Assembly (NCBI GenBank): GCA_963699315.1
Contig: OY969433.1
Coordinates: forward strand, 767,579 to 831,578
From: an uncultured Chloroflexia bacterium
GTDB taxonomy: Bacteria > Chloroflexota > Ktedonobacteria > Ktedonobacterales > Ktedonobacteraceae
Reading direction: 5' to 3'
Length of the DNA: 64,000 nt
Below, piece after piece: positions 28,376 to 37,135 of the stretch. A program made the translations under genes and the position numbers. How positions within the stretch are numbered: position 1 is the stretch's first letter; each line of letters opens with the position of its first letter. Under the pieces are notes generated by a model. That model had not been told where the DNA came from. It saw only the letters and a list, made by a program, of their open reading frames with translations, and made no database searches.

Positions 28376-29413
28376 CTATACATCTTCTTTTTCATTAATG
28401 AATGGTTTCCAGAGCGGTGCAAAGATATGCCAGATGCCCGCAGTTTCAGCAGCGATCAAGAGCCAATGACGCCGTACATCTACTAGGACACGCTCTATGC
28501 GATAAGGATCACTGAGCGACGTCGCAATACCATTTGTTGTTGTCACTGCCCATTTATATTCTGCTTCGCGCACTGCTTTGAGAGCTTCAGCACCGATGTG
28601 TTCAGCACGACCTATCGGGTATGCGAATGTATACACTTTCATTCCTAGCTGTTGCTCCAACACTTCTCGACATGCCAGCACCTCATAGCGTACTTCGGAT
28701 GGATCTGACAAACTAGCTAAAACTGGATGGTGCATAGTATGTGCACCAAATGAAACGAAACCACTTTTCTGCATTTCATATACATCCAACCACGACATAG
28801 GCATATTATCATCTATTGCACTCGATGTGCAAGTATCAAATTCAGATATAGCTAAAGTTTGGCGCATCTGTGCTAAAAATTGTTCGCGCTCTGCTACAGA
28901 GCTAGCTGTTCGCAAGCGTGTGTCGATCAAGACAGATAATTTCTTTTGATCCTCTCTTAATTGCAAATGGTACGTGAGACCGGCAACGGTTACATCTTTA
29001 ACTTGTGCCTGCTCCACAAGATGCGTACTTTCTCCCCACCAGAAACGATCTCCGTTATCGAGATAACCAGGGATGAGAAAAATTGTGATTGGTATCTGCA
29101 ATTCAACAGCAGTTTTAAATGCGTATTGAAAGTTGTCACGATACCCATCATCAAACGTCATAACGACCGGAGTCCGGCGATGACTTTTCTGTGTTACCTC
29201 TGCATACAGCTCTTGTAAAGCGTCTTCCAGAGGGAGCACACGATAATGACGCTGCAAATAGCGCATATGCTGTCGGATATCACCCTGACTCGCTCGATGA
29301 TAATTAAGAATAATTAAATGTGAGCCCCGTCGCCGCATCCACCAACGACAAAGAGCCACCAGACCACTGTAGTAGAAAAAGGCTGCGACAACTAAACGTA
29401 CGATCCTGCGCAT
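28376..29413 (-). CDS. Polysaccharide deacetylase (NodB homology) with N-terminal TM anchor, copy 3; first gene of the minus-strand operon
   Basis: Motifs are TFDDGYRDNF and GAHTMHHPVL. The N-terminal helix is VVAAFFYYSGLVALCRWW. The start is probably ATG 29413; the ORF extends to 29452. Confidence 0.85.
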   Translation of the reverse strand: MRRIVRLVVAAFFYYSGLVALCRWWMRRRGSHLIILNYHRASQGDIRQHMRYLQRHYRVLPLEDALQELYAEVTQKSHRRTPVVMTFDDGYRDNFQYAFKTAVELQIPITIFLIPGYLDNGDRFWWGESTHLVEQAQVKDVTVAGLTYHLQLREDQKKLSVLIDTRLRTASSVAEREQFLAQMRQTLAISEFDTCTSSAIDDNMPMSWLDVYEMQKSGFVSFGAHTMHHPVLASLSDPSEVRYEVLACREVLEQQLGMKVYTFAYPIGRAEHIGAEALKAVREAEYKWAVTTTNGIATSLSDPYRIERVLVDVRRHWLLIAAETAGIWHIFAPLWKPFINEKEDV

Positions 29414-29928
29414 ACAATCCTTTCTCAACAAAGCCCATTTACAGTGTTGCAATTACAGATGAATTTTCATAAAGGCCGACGCTGAAGTTAGCCAGGAGAG
29501 AGGACAATAGAACATAAAACCTGAATAGAATGTTACCTTTATCAAAATACCATAGGTGTTGTATCAAAGAGATGTTTATATTGGTGTAGAATCAGTGAAC
29601 CACATTACAAAGATGTAGAGAAATCTATGGAACGTCAAATAGTCACGCTCCGGGTATGAGTAAGTGCAGATACAATAGCGAGCATCAGGGATTACTATCT
29701 AAACAAAAGAGTACTGTCCTAAACACCTTCTCAACACCAGCAACAACCTGATTAGCAATCCATAGGGAGTATCTTCTAAAAGGAGCGCATGTAAAAATCG
29801 CCGCAAACTTTTTGCTGTAGCACAGTTATTTCTTTCTGAGTGCAATATATAGATATTTTTATAAAGAAGCCTGCTAACGTTATTTTCAACGTGCTACAAA
29901 TCTTATCATTGGTAAGGATGGTATTTAA

Positions 29929-31365
29929 ATGCAGAGTACACTTAATCGCTATATACTACTGACAAAGCGCTGGACATGGATAGTACTGCTTGGTATGGTT
30001 ATTTGTAGTGGAACGACATATTTTGTCACCAAATTTACGATGCAGCCTGTCTATGAAGCACAGACGCGACTACTGATCACGGTGCCAGGAAGCTCACAAA
30101 ATGATAGCACCGTGGCAGCTATTGCTCAGCAACCGGCATATAATGCATTAGTTACTAATTCAAACATACTCGCTCCCGTTGCCGCTGATAATGGCATGAG
30201 CCTCACACAATTAAGTGACATGGTAAAAACGCAATCTGATACCAACACACCATTTATCGATGTGCTCGTCGACAACAGTAATCCCCAACTGGCGACAAAA
30301 CTATCAGAAGAAATTGCAAAAAGCTTCACTACCTACGCCTATACAAAACTGGGTAGCCAGGCTACGTTTGACATTATTGACCCTGTCGTTCCTACGACTC
30401 CGATCAAACCCCAACCACTGCAAGATGCCATTATAGGTGCCCTCGTAGGGCTGGGTCTTGCACTTGCGATCATTATTATTTTTGAATGGATTGATGATCG
30501 TTTAACTTCACCGGACGATGTGAATAAATTGCTCGGTCTCGACGCACTCACCATCATTCCGGCGCTCTCACGCAGGCAGCGCGCCCAGAATGCTGAAAAT
30601 ACTCCAGAACTCGCAGAAGGTTGTCGTATCCTTTGTGCTAATCTCAACATGACACAAATGATCCATCCATTCAAATTAGTAATGATAACAAGCGCGATGG
30701 CAGGTGAAGGAAAAAGCACCATCGCCGCCAACACAGCAGCATTTCTGGCCATGTCAGGAAAACACGTGCTATTAGTAGATGCTGATCTGCGCCATCCGGC
30801 CCTGGATAAGCACTTCCAGCTGAGCAATCAGACAGGTCTATCCAACGCCTTCCTGGAAAAGTGGACACAGATAGAAGCTGATCTGGATGGTCAAGCAACC
30901 GATATACCATCATTACGGGTATTAACAGCTGGCACACTACCATCCAATCCATCCGAATTGCTGCAGTCACAGTTAGCAAATCAGATCTTCAACCACTTTC
31001 GGAACACGTCAAAATTCGATTATGTCATCTTCGATTCTCCACCACTACTGCCAATTGCCGATGCGCAAATAATAGCTGCATATATGCAAATGACTATTCT
31101 GATTGTCGATGCATCCAAAACTCCTCGCAAAGCTATGCTACGAGCCAAACGAATACTCAATCGAACAGGCACACACATTCTAGGAGTCGCATTAAATAAG
31201 AGTAATTGGCGGGAATATGGTGAAGTGCATGACTACTTGAGCAATATTCAATCACGTCCACGAGCTGACTTGAACATGGTCATGCCCCCTAGTACGCCAC
31301 CCATCAACCATTCGATCGATGCTGCAAATACCGCCGTTCTTCCATCCACAAACAACAAACATTAA
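29929..31365 (+). CDS. Wzz chain-length-determinant domain fused to a BY-kinase-type P-loop ATPase
   Basis: The N-terminal TM plus periplasmic-type Wzz region is followed by a second TM (IIGALVGLGLALAIIIIF). ATPase motifs are Walker A SAMAGEGKST, A' LLVDADLRHP and B DYVIFDSPP. Confidence 0.88.
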   Translation: MQSTLNRYILLTKRWTWIVLLGMVICSGTTYFVTKFTMQPVYEAQTRLLITVPGSSQNDSTVAAIAQQPAYNALVTNSNILAPVAADNGMSLTQLSDMVKTQSDTNTPFIDVLVDNSNPQLATKLSEEIAKSFTTYAYTKLGSQATFDIIDPVVPTTPIKPQPLQDAIIGALVGLGLALAIIIIFEWIDDRLTSPDDVNKLLGLDALTIIPALSRRQRAQNAENTPELAEGCRILCANLNMTQMIHPFKLVMITSAMAGEGKSTIAANTAAFLAMSGKHVLLVDADLRHPALDKHFQLSNQTGLSNAFLEKWTQIEADLDGQATDIPSLRVLTAGTLPSNPSELLQSQLANQIFNHFRNTSKFDYVIFDSPPLLPIADAQIIAAYMQMTILIVDASKTPRKAMLRAKRILNRTGTHILGVALNKSNWREYGEVHDYLSNIQSRPRADLNMVMPPSTPPINHSIDAANTAVLPSTNNKH

Positions 31366-31465
31366 CCGAAGCGTTATAAAGCAGCAAGTAGTGAAAACGT
31401 CATGTATACACGCTTCCATAATTACATACAAGCTATCGCCTACATACAAAGGAAAATAAGGAAGA

Positions 31466-32767
31466 ATGAAAAGTCAACTCTTAGATAAAATATCCTCTCG
31501 ATCATTACAGGTGGCGATTATTGGTCTTGGTTATGTGGGACTACCGTTGGCAACAACCTTTGCTGAGGCTGGTTTTCATGTCACTGGTATTGATGTTGAT
31601 CAGAGCAAAGTTGATCTCGCCAATAAAGGGCAAAGTTATATCTCTGATATTGACAGTAATGATCTTCAAAGGCTGATCGCAGCGGATCGACTCACATTTA
31701 CAACAGATTTCAATGCCCTCGATCAGGTTGATGCGATCAGTATCTGTGTACCAACTCCATTACGTAAAACTCGCGAGCCGGACATCTCGTATATTCTCTC
31801 TGCGATGCAACAGCTACGTGCGCACCTCCATAAGGGTCAACTTATCGTTCTCGAGAGCACAACCTATCCAGGAATGACCGATGAAGTGCTGCTACCCGAT
31901 TTGGAATCTACAGGATTAAAGGTCGGAACAGAATTTTTTCTGGCTTTCTCACCCGAGCGTATTGATCCAGGTAATCCACATTTCGACACCAAAAATACAC
32001 CCAAAGTAGTCGGTGGTATTACACCTGTCTGTACCGAAGTGGCTCAGGCATATTACGGTGCCGCCATTGATCACATTGTGCCTGTCTCTTCTGCCCGTGT
32101 AGCAGAAATGACCAAATTGCTCGAAAACACGTTTCGAGCAGTGAACATCGGTCTGGTGAATGAGATTGCCATCATCTGTGAAAAACTCAACATCAACGGG
32201 TGGGAAGTCATCGATGCAGCAGCCACAAAACCATTTGGCTTTATGCGGTTCCAGCCTGGACCAGGCCTGGGCGGTCATTGCATCCCCATTGATCCACATT
32301 ATCTATCCTGGAAACTAAAAACGCTCGACTACACAGCACGTTTCATCGAATTAGCCACTGAAATTAATAGTAGCATGCCTCACTATGTCGTAAATAAAAT
32401 CACAGATGCACTCAATGAACAGCGCCGTAGCCTGAATGGAGCGACAGTACTTGTGCTTGGGCTTGCATATAAACGTAATGTCAGCGACATACGCAAGTCA
32501 CCTGCACTCGATATCATTCAAGATCTACTTAAACATAAAGCAGTTGTCCTCTACAACGACAACTATGTTCCTTCACTGACACTCAAGGAACAAACATTAC
32601 ATTCACAGCCACTGAGCAGTGGCCTACTACAGGCGGCAGATTGTGTCGTCCTGGTCACCGATCACAGCTATTATGACATCTCAACTATTGTTCAGGAAGC
32701 ACGCTCTGTCGTCGATACCCGCAATATGACAAAAGGCATCAAGGACGCCAAAATATTTTTGCTCTAA
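31466..32767 (+). CDS. Nucleotide-sugar 6-dehydrogenase (UDP-GlcNAc/UDP-ManNAc dehydrogenase, WbpA/WecC-like)
   Basis: AAGGAAG RBS is present. The Rossmann motif is IIGLGYVGLPLA and the catalytic Cys block is GLGGHCIPIDP. Confidence 0.9.
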   Translation: MKSQLLDKISSRSLQVAIIGLGYVGLPLATTFAEAGFHVTGIDVDQSKVDLANKGQSYISDIDSNDLQRLIAADRLTFTTDFNALDQVDAISICVPTPLRKTREPDISYILSAMQQLRAHLHKGQLIVLESTTYPGMTDEVLLPDLESTGLKVGTEFFLAFSPERIDPGNPHFDTKNTPKVVGGITPVCTEVAQAYYGAAIDHIVPVSSARVAEMTKLLENTFRAVNIGLVNEIAIICEKLNINGWEVIDAAATKPFGFMRFQPGPGLGGHCIPIDPHYLSWKLKTLDYTARFIELATEINSSMPHYVVNKITDALNEQRRSLNGATVLVLGLAYKRNVSDIRKSPALDIIQDLLKHKAVVLYNDNYVPSLTLKEQTLHSQPLSSGLLQAADCVVLVTDHSYYDISTIVQEARSVVDTRNMTKGIKDAKIFLL

Positions 32768-32802
32768 ATGTTTATGCACACGATAGAACGGTAAATAAAA
32801 GC

Positions 32803-35772
32803 ATGTCTCAATCCTTGGGCAACGATAGAAATAATAGTCAACGGCTAAGCACCACAAGTGCCAAACTGGTAGCAATCAAAATACGCTTCGCCAATAAACA
32901 TATCTTTCGAGCATTGCTCAGCCTGGCCTCAGCCAATCTGCTGATCCGCGTTATAGGCTTACTGAACCAGATAGTAGTAAGCGCCAAATTTGGACAAGAT
33001 CAGCATATGGATGCATATTATGTCGCTTCACTCATTCCAACGACACTCGCACCTATGCTAGCAAGCGCACTAGAGGCTTCAGTCATCCCTGTGTACGTGC
33101 GCTTACGTACACAAGGGGGCCGCGAACAAACATCAAGACTCTTTAGTACGCTTTTAAATTTATTAATTATCGGTTGTGTGCTTTTTACGATTGCCCTAAT
33201 CATCTTCAAAACACCATTATTAGGAATAATCGATCCAGGATCACAACTCGTAGAGCCTGATGCCTTTGTCATAGCACAAAATCTGGCACCATTTATTTTT
33301 CCGGTGCTCGGCTTAATGACGCTCAACAGTTTCATGGAATGTCTACTCAATGCGGAAGGCAAATTCGGCTGGCCTGCCTATGCAGGTTTACTTGTACCAC
33401 TTACAACTGCCACATGTGTCCTGCTTGGAGGGAACTCGCTGGGTGTATTAATGCTCTGCATTGGCTCTGTCATCGGGCAATTACTCCAATTATGTATCAT
33501 CATCTATCGTGCCCACAAAACAAAGATCATTTATCAACCCATCATGGATTTAAGTATCCCTGAATTGAAACCCATTATGAGTACAGCGTGGCCGGCGCTC
33601 TTCGCTGGAGTTATCAGTATGGCCAGTCCAATTGTAGACACGTTCTTTGGATCATATCAACCTGCAGGGACCATTGCGGCACTGAACAATGCGCTCAAGC
33701 TCAATAGCGTTCCTACCGGGGTGCTCTTTGCAGCCGTTGGAAGGGCCGTATTACCTTATCTGGCAAGCCAGGCTGCCATCAAGGATATGCGAGCATTTAA
33801 AGGGACACTCCGTTTATATCTCTGGATCGTTGGGCTAGCAACATTGGTCCTGTCGGTGGTGATGACATTTGGAGCCTGGCCAATTGTCTTTGTCATTTTT
33901 AAGCATGGACGCTTTGATATCCAAGATGTGAACAGAACATCATGGATACTGGCTGGATTTTCTATTGGAATGTTTCCAATGGCGATTGGTTTTATCGTCT
34001 CAAGAGCTTTTAGTGCATTAGGACGTACACGTATATTGATGGGCGTCAGCATTTTTAGCATCTTTGCGAATGCAGCCCTGGATGCACTCTTCGGTAGATG
34101 GTGGGGAGGCTTTGGCATCGCTTTCGCCACTTCTTTCTATTACTTCTGTACAATGATCATCTTAATCGTTACGCTGCGCATGATCATCGGAAAATTGAAT
34201 TTACTCACACCACCTAAAGAGTTGCTGGATATAGTGCAGAAGATGAGCGCAGGTGATTATTATCTCCAATGGGCCATCTGGAAAGATGCTATGTCGAAAA
34301 AATTAGGCTTCACCTATGCTCTCCGCAATCAAATCATGCGTATTGCTTTTGTATTGATAGTTTTTATAGGCGGGACAGTTGGTACAATCAAGAATGCCAC
34401 GTTTACCGTGCGTATTGCCTGCGGATCGGTACTTATTCTCGCGCTCTTACGTTATCAATATGCATTACTACTTGCCTGGGCCTGCATAAATGTCTTTATT
34501 GGTTCATCATTACCATTTTTCAATGGAAATAACCTGCTATCAGGACTAACACTACCAACCCTGATTCTCCTCTTCACACTACCAACTAAAGAGGCATTTA
34601 AGCGCATGCCAGCATTACCTTTCTGGCTGGCCTATTTTGTATGGGTTCTACTGAGTATAGGTATTTCGCCAATCCCCCTTCAGACATTCCTCATCAATTG
34701 GACATCGGAGTTGGATTTCCTTGCAGTCAGTGTCTTAGTAATCATTCTGATCGACTCACGCAGGAAACTCATCGGTTTCCTGGACGCGATGATTGCACCG
34801 GCCATCTTCATTGCTCTGTATGGCCTGTGGGGATTTACAGTACAGCAACATGGTGTGGTAGACACGTCAACAGGTATTTTTCGTATCAGCTCTATTTTCA
34901 TGGATACTCCACCTACGCTAGGACTCTATCTCTCGATCCTGATTCCCATCACTATTTACCGACTCTTCACACTACGAGGCTTTTTCAAATGCTGTGCAGG
35001 TATAGCTGTGCTACTTTTACTCCTTTTAGCATTAGGCCTCACATTTAATCGTGGCACATTGCTCGCTGTAGGCATCGGCCTGATCATTACAATACTCTTC
35101 CTACCATCAAAAAAAATGAAAGGCATGGTCATAGGAGCTGGCACAGCTCTGATGGGACTGATCTTCCTGGGAACAACGCTGGCAAATATTCCTCTATTGA
35201 GCCGCTTTGCGAACAGCGATATCAGCTCGCTCAATGGGCGTACCTATCTATGGCAAGCGGTCATCGATCATTTTGATCCAACACAAATCCTGGGCAAGGG
35301 CATGCAGTCGTCCGATGTCCTACTGACCAATCTCAGAGTTGGCTTCGATGGGAATGTAATTGCTACTGCCGCACATAATATTTATTTGGAAGCTATGTAT
35401 GAGCACGGATTTATCGGTTTGACACTGATGCTATTGGCATTTGGAACCATCGGATATGTGTTACTACGCCAATATAAGATTGGTAGTTATGAACAAAAAC
35501 TGCTACTGGCAATAGCGCTTGGCACCTTAATCAGTATCCTCATCCAGGGTTATGAATCAAACGACATCTGGAACCAGGGAGTTGGCATCTACTTCTTCAT
35601 TTTTATGGCTCTTCCCTTCTCACGCTATTGGGATAAAACACAGGGGAGAAATTCAGTGACGCAACCACAATTTGAAGAGTTAAAAAACCACCATAAAGAG
35701 GATAGTGCAATAAAAGAAGCAGAATCACTTACAACTGTAGAGGAAAGACCAATAGACATCCTTCTTTCTTAG
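32803..35772 (+). CDS. Fusion of a MurJ/MviN-type MOP flippase (N-terminal ~490 aa) and an O-antigen polymerase/ligase (Wzy_C) domain
   Basis: The N-terminal part is MurJ-like (ANLLIRVIGLLNQIVVSAKFGQDQHMDAYYVASLIPTTL). The C-terminal part has Wzy_C blocks (TFNRGTLLAVGIGLII, GRTYLWQAVIDHFDPTQILGKGMQS, AAHNIYLEAMYEHGFIGL). It is one uninterrupted 989-codon frame. Confidence 0.85.
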   Translation: MSQSLGNDRNNSQRLSTTSAKLVAIKIRFANKHIFRALLSLASANLLIRVIGLLNQIVVSAKFGQDQHMDAYYVASLIPTTLAPMLASALEASVIPVYVRLRTQGGREQTSRLFSTLLNLLIIGCVLFTIALIIFKTPLLGIIDPGSQLVEPDAFVIAQNLAPFIFPVLGLMTLNSFMECLLNAEGKFGWPAYAGLLVPLTTATCVLLGGNSLGVLMLCIGSVIGQLLQLCIIIYRAHKTKIIYQPIMDLSIPELKPIMSTAWPALFAGVISMASPIVDTFFGSYQPAGTIAALNNALKLNSVPTGVLFAAVGRAVLPYLASQAAIKDMRAFKGTLRLYLWIVGLATLVLSVVMTFGAWPIVFVIFKHGRFDIQDVNRTSWILAGFSIGMFPMAIGFIVSRAFSALGRTRILMGVSIFSIFANAALDALFGRWWGGFGIAFATSFYYFCTMIILIVTLRMIIGKLNLLTPPKELLDIVQKMSAGDYYLQWAIWKDAMSKKLGFTYALRNQIMRIAFVLIVFIGGTVGTIKNATFTVRIACGSVLILALLRYQYALLLAWACINVFIGSSLPFFNGNNLLSGLTLPTLILLFTLPTKEAFKRMPALPFWLAYFVWVLLSIGISPIPLQTFLINWTSELDFLAVSVLVIILIDSRRKLIGFLDAMIAPAIFIALYGLWGFTVQQHGVVDTSTGIFRISSIFMDTPPTLGLYLSILIPITIYRLFTLRGFFKCCAGIAVLLLLLLALGLTFNRGTLLAVGIGLIITILFLPSKKMKGMVIGAGTALMGLIFLGTTLANIPLLSRFANSDISSLNGRTYLWQAVIDHFDPTQILGKGMQSSDVLLTNLRVGFDGNVIATAAHNIYLEAMYEHGFIGLTLMLLAFGTIGYVLLRQYKIGSYEQKLLLAIALGTLISILIQGYESNDIWNQGVGIYFFIFMALPFSRYWDKTQGRNSVTQPQFEELKNHHKEDSAIKEAESLTTVEERPIDILLS

Positions 35773-35804
35773 CTGTAAGAGAAAATCTACCAAGGAGTAT
35801 ACGC

Positions 35805-37134
35805 ATGGATAAACAGCTACACATCTGTATGATCGCATTTCAATATGCACCAAATATTGGAGGAGCTCAAACGCGTGCCGCAGAATCAGGCTCACCAACT
35901 CCAGGAATGTGGTCATAAGGTGATGGTCGTTACATTGCAACATGAAAAACAATGGAAAAGATATGAAACGATAAATGGTGTACCGGTTATACGTATAGGT
36001 GGATTATTTAATACACATGGAACATTGCGAGTTGGACGGCTGGGCCATCTCCCCGTGGATATCCTGCTGTTGATACAACTCTGGCGTATGCGTCATCAAT
36101 ATGACATTCTTCACTCAATACAAATCTCACCGCTATCCGGTGTAGCCGCCCTTATCGGAAAACTGACTGGCAAGCCAGTCATCATTAGCATCCCCAGCAC
36201 AGGACCTGGGAAGATACCTCAGCTTGAAGATGCGGTAATGATGGTTGATACTCTGGCCGGCAAACTTAGTGACAGCAGTTTTCTCAAAGTACCCTACGCT
36301 GACACGGTAGTCGGAGATATAACGCATATGAGGAAAACCGCTTTTGGAGGGGACTTAATCCTTGCCTATCTTAAAAAATCTGATGCATTTTACCAGATCC
36401 TTAGTAGCCGTAGCCTGAACTATATGACATCGAATGGCTTTCGAGCAGAGAGAATTGTACATATCCCCAATGGTATTGAGGTTGGAAAATTTACACCTAT
36501 TCCAGAGTTAAGGCCAGATCCTGCGCTGCCAGAACGCGACATCCTATGCGTAGCACGGCTGCAATATCCCAAGGGTATTGATGTACTCTTACATGCCTGG
36601 AAACGGATGCTGAGCGCCCCCAATGACTGGCGAACCCAGATCAAGCCTCGTCTATTACTTGCAGGTACAGGTCAATCAGAAGCCCAGCTCAAACGCCTGG
36701 CGCAAGAACTCGAACTGGGAGAGGGCGTCGTTTTCCTGGGATCACACGATGATGTCATTCCCCTACTGCATACAGCCTGGGGATTTGTGCTTCCATCGCG
36801 CTGGGAAGGCATGCCTAACGCGCTATTAGAAGCCATGAGTTGCGAAGTGCCATGTATTGCTACGAGGGTCAGCGGAAGCGAGGATATTCTCGTAAACGGC
36901 GTCAATGGCCTACTCGTCGAAACAGAGCAATCCGCCGAACTAGCTCAAGCGCTCCAACAATTGATCTCCGATACCGAATTGGCAAAAAGATTAGCATTGG
37001 CAGGACGCGCGACGGTCCTAAGAGATTACCAGCTCGCACATATCACAGAACAATTTATTCGATTTTATCGTCAAACGTTGACGGATGAAACCCAGATCAA
37101 AACAAAGGTCCTTGAGATCGTGGGAGAAAAATGA
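35805..37134 (+). pseudogene. GT4 glycosyltransferase whose N-terminus lies in a different frame (frameshift near 35880-35890, or a sequencing error)
   Basis: ATG 35805 behind AAGGAG encodes MDKQLHICMIAFQYAPNIGGAQTRAAE..., which stops at 35916. The +1 frame continues NQAHQLQECGHKVMVVT... to 37134 and carries EGMPNALLEAM. The joined sequence aligns residue-for-residue with the N-terminus of the next GT4. Confidence 0.8.
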
Positions 37135-37135
37135 T

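Noticed and set aside
30339-30827. 162-aa minus-strand ORF inside the BY-kinase gene, and similar antisense ORFs at 43044-43397, 43219-43563, 38396-38758, 33756-34130 and 61120-61530.
   Set aside because: All are embedded antisense in genes with strong motif support. They are Arg/Ser/Ala-rich or otherwise compositionally odd, and none has an RBS.
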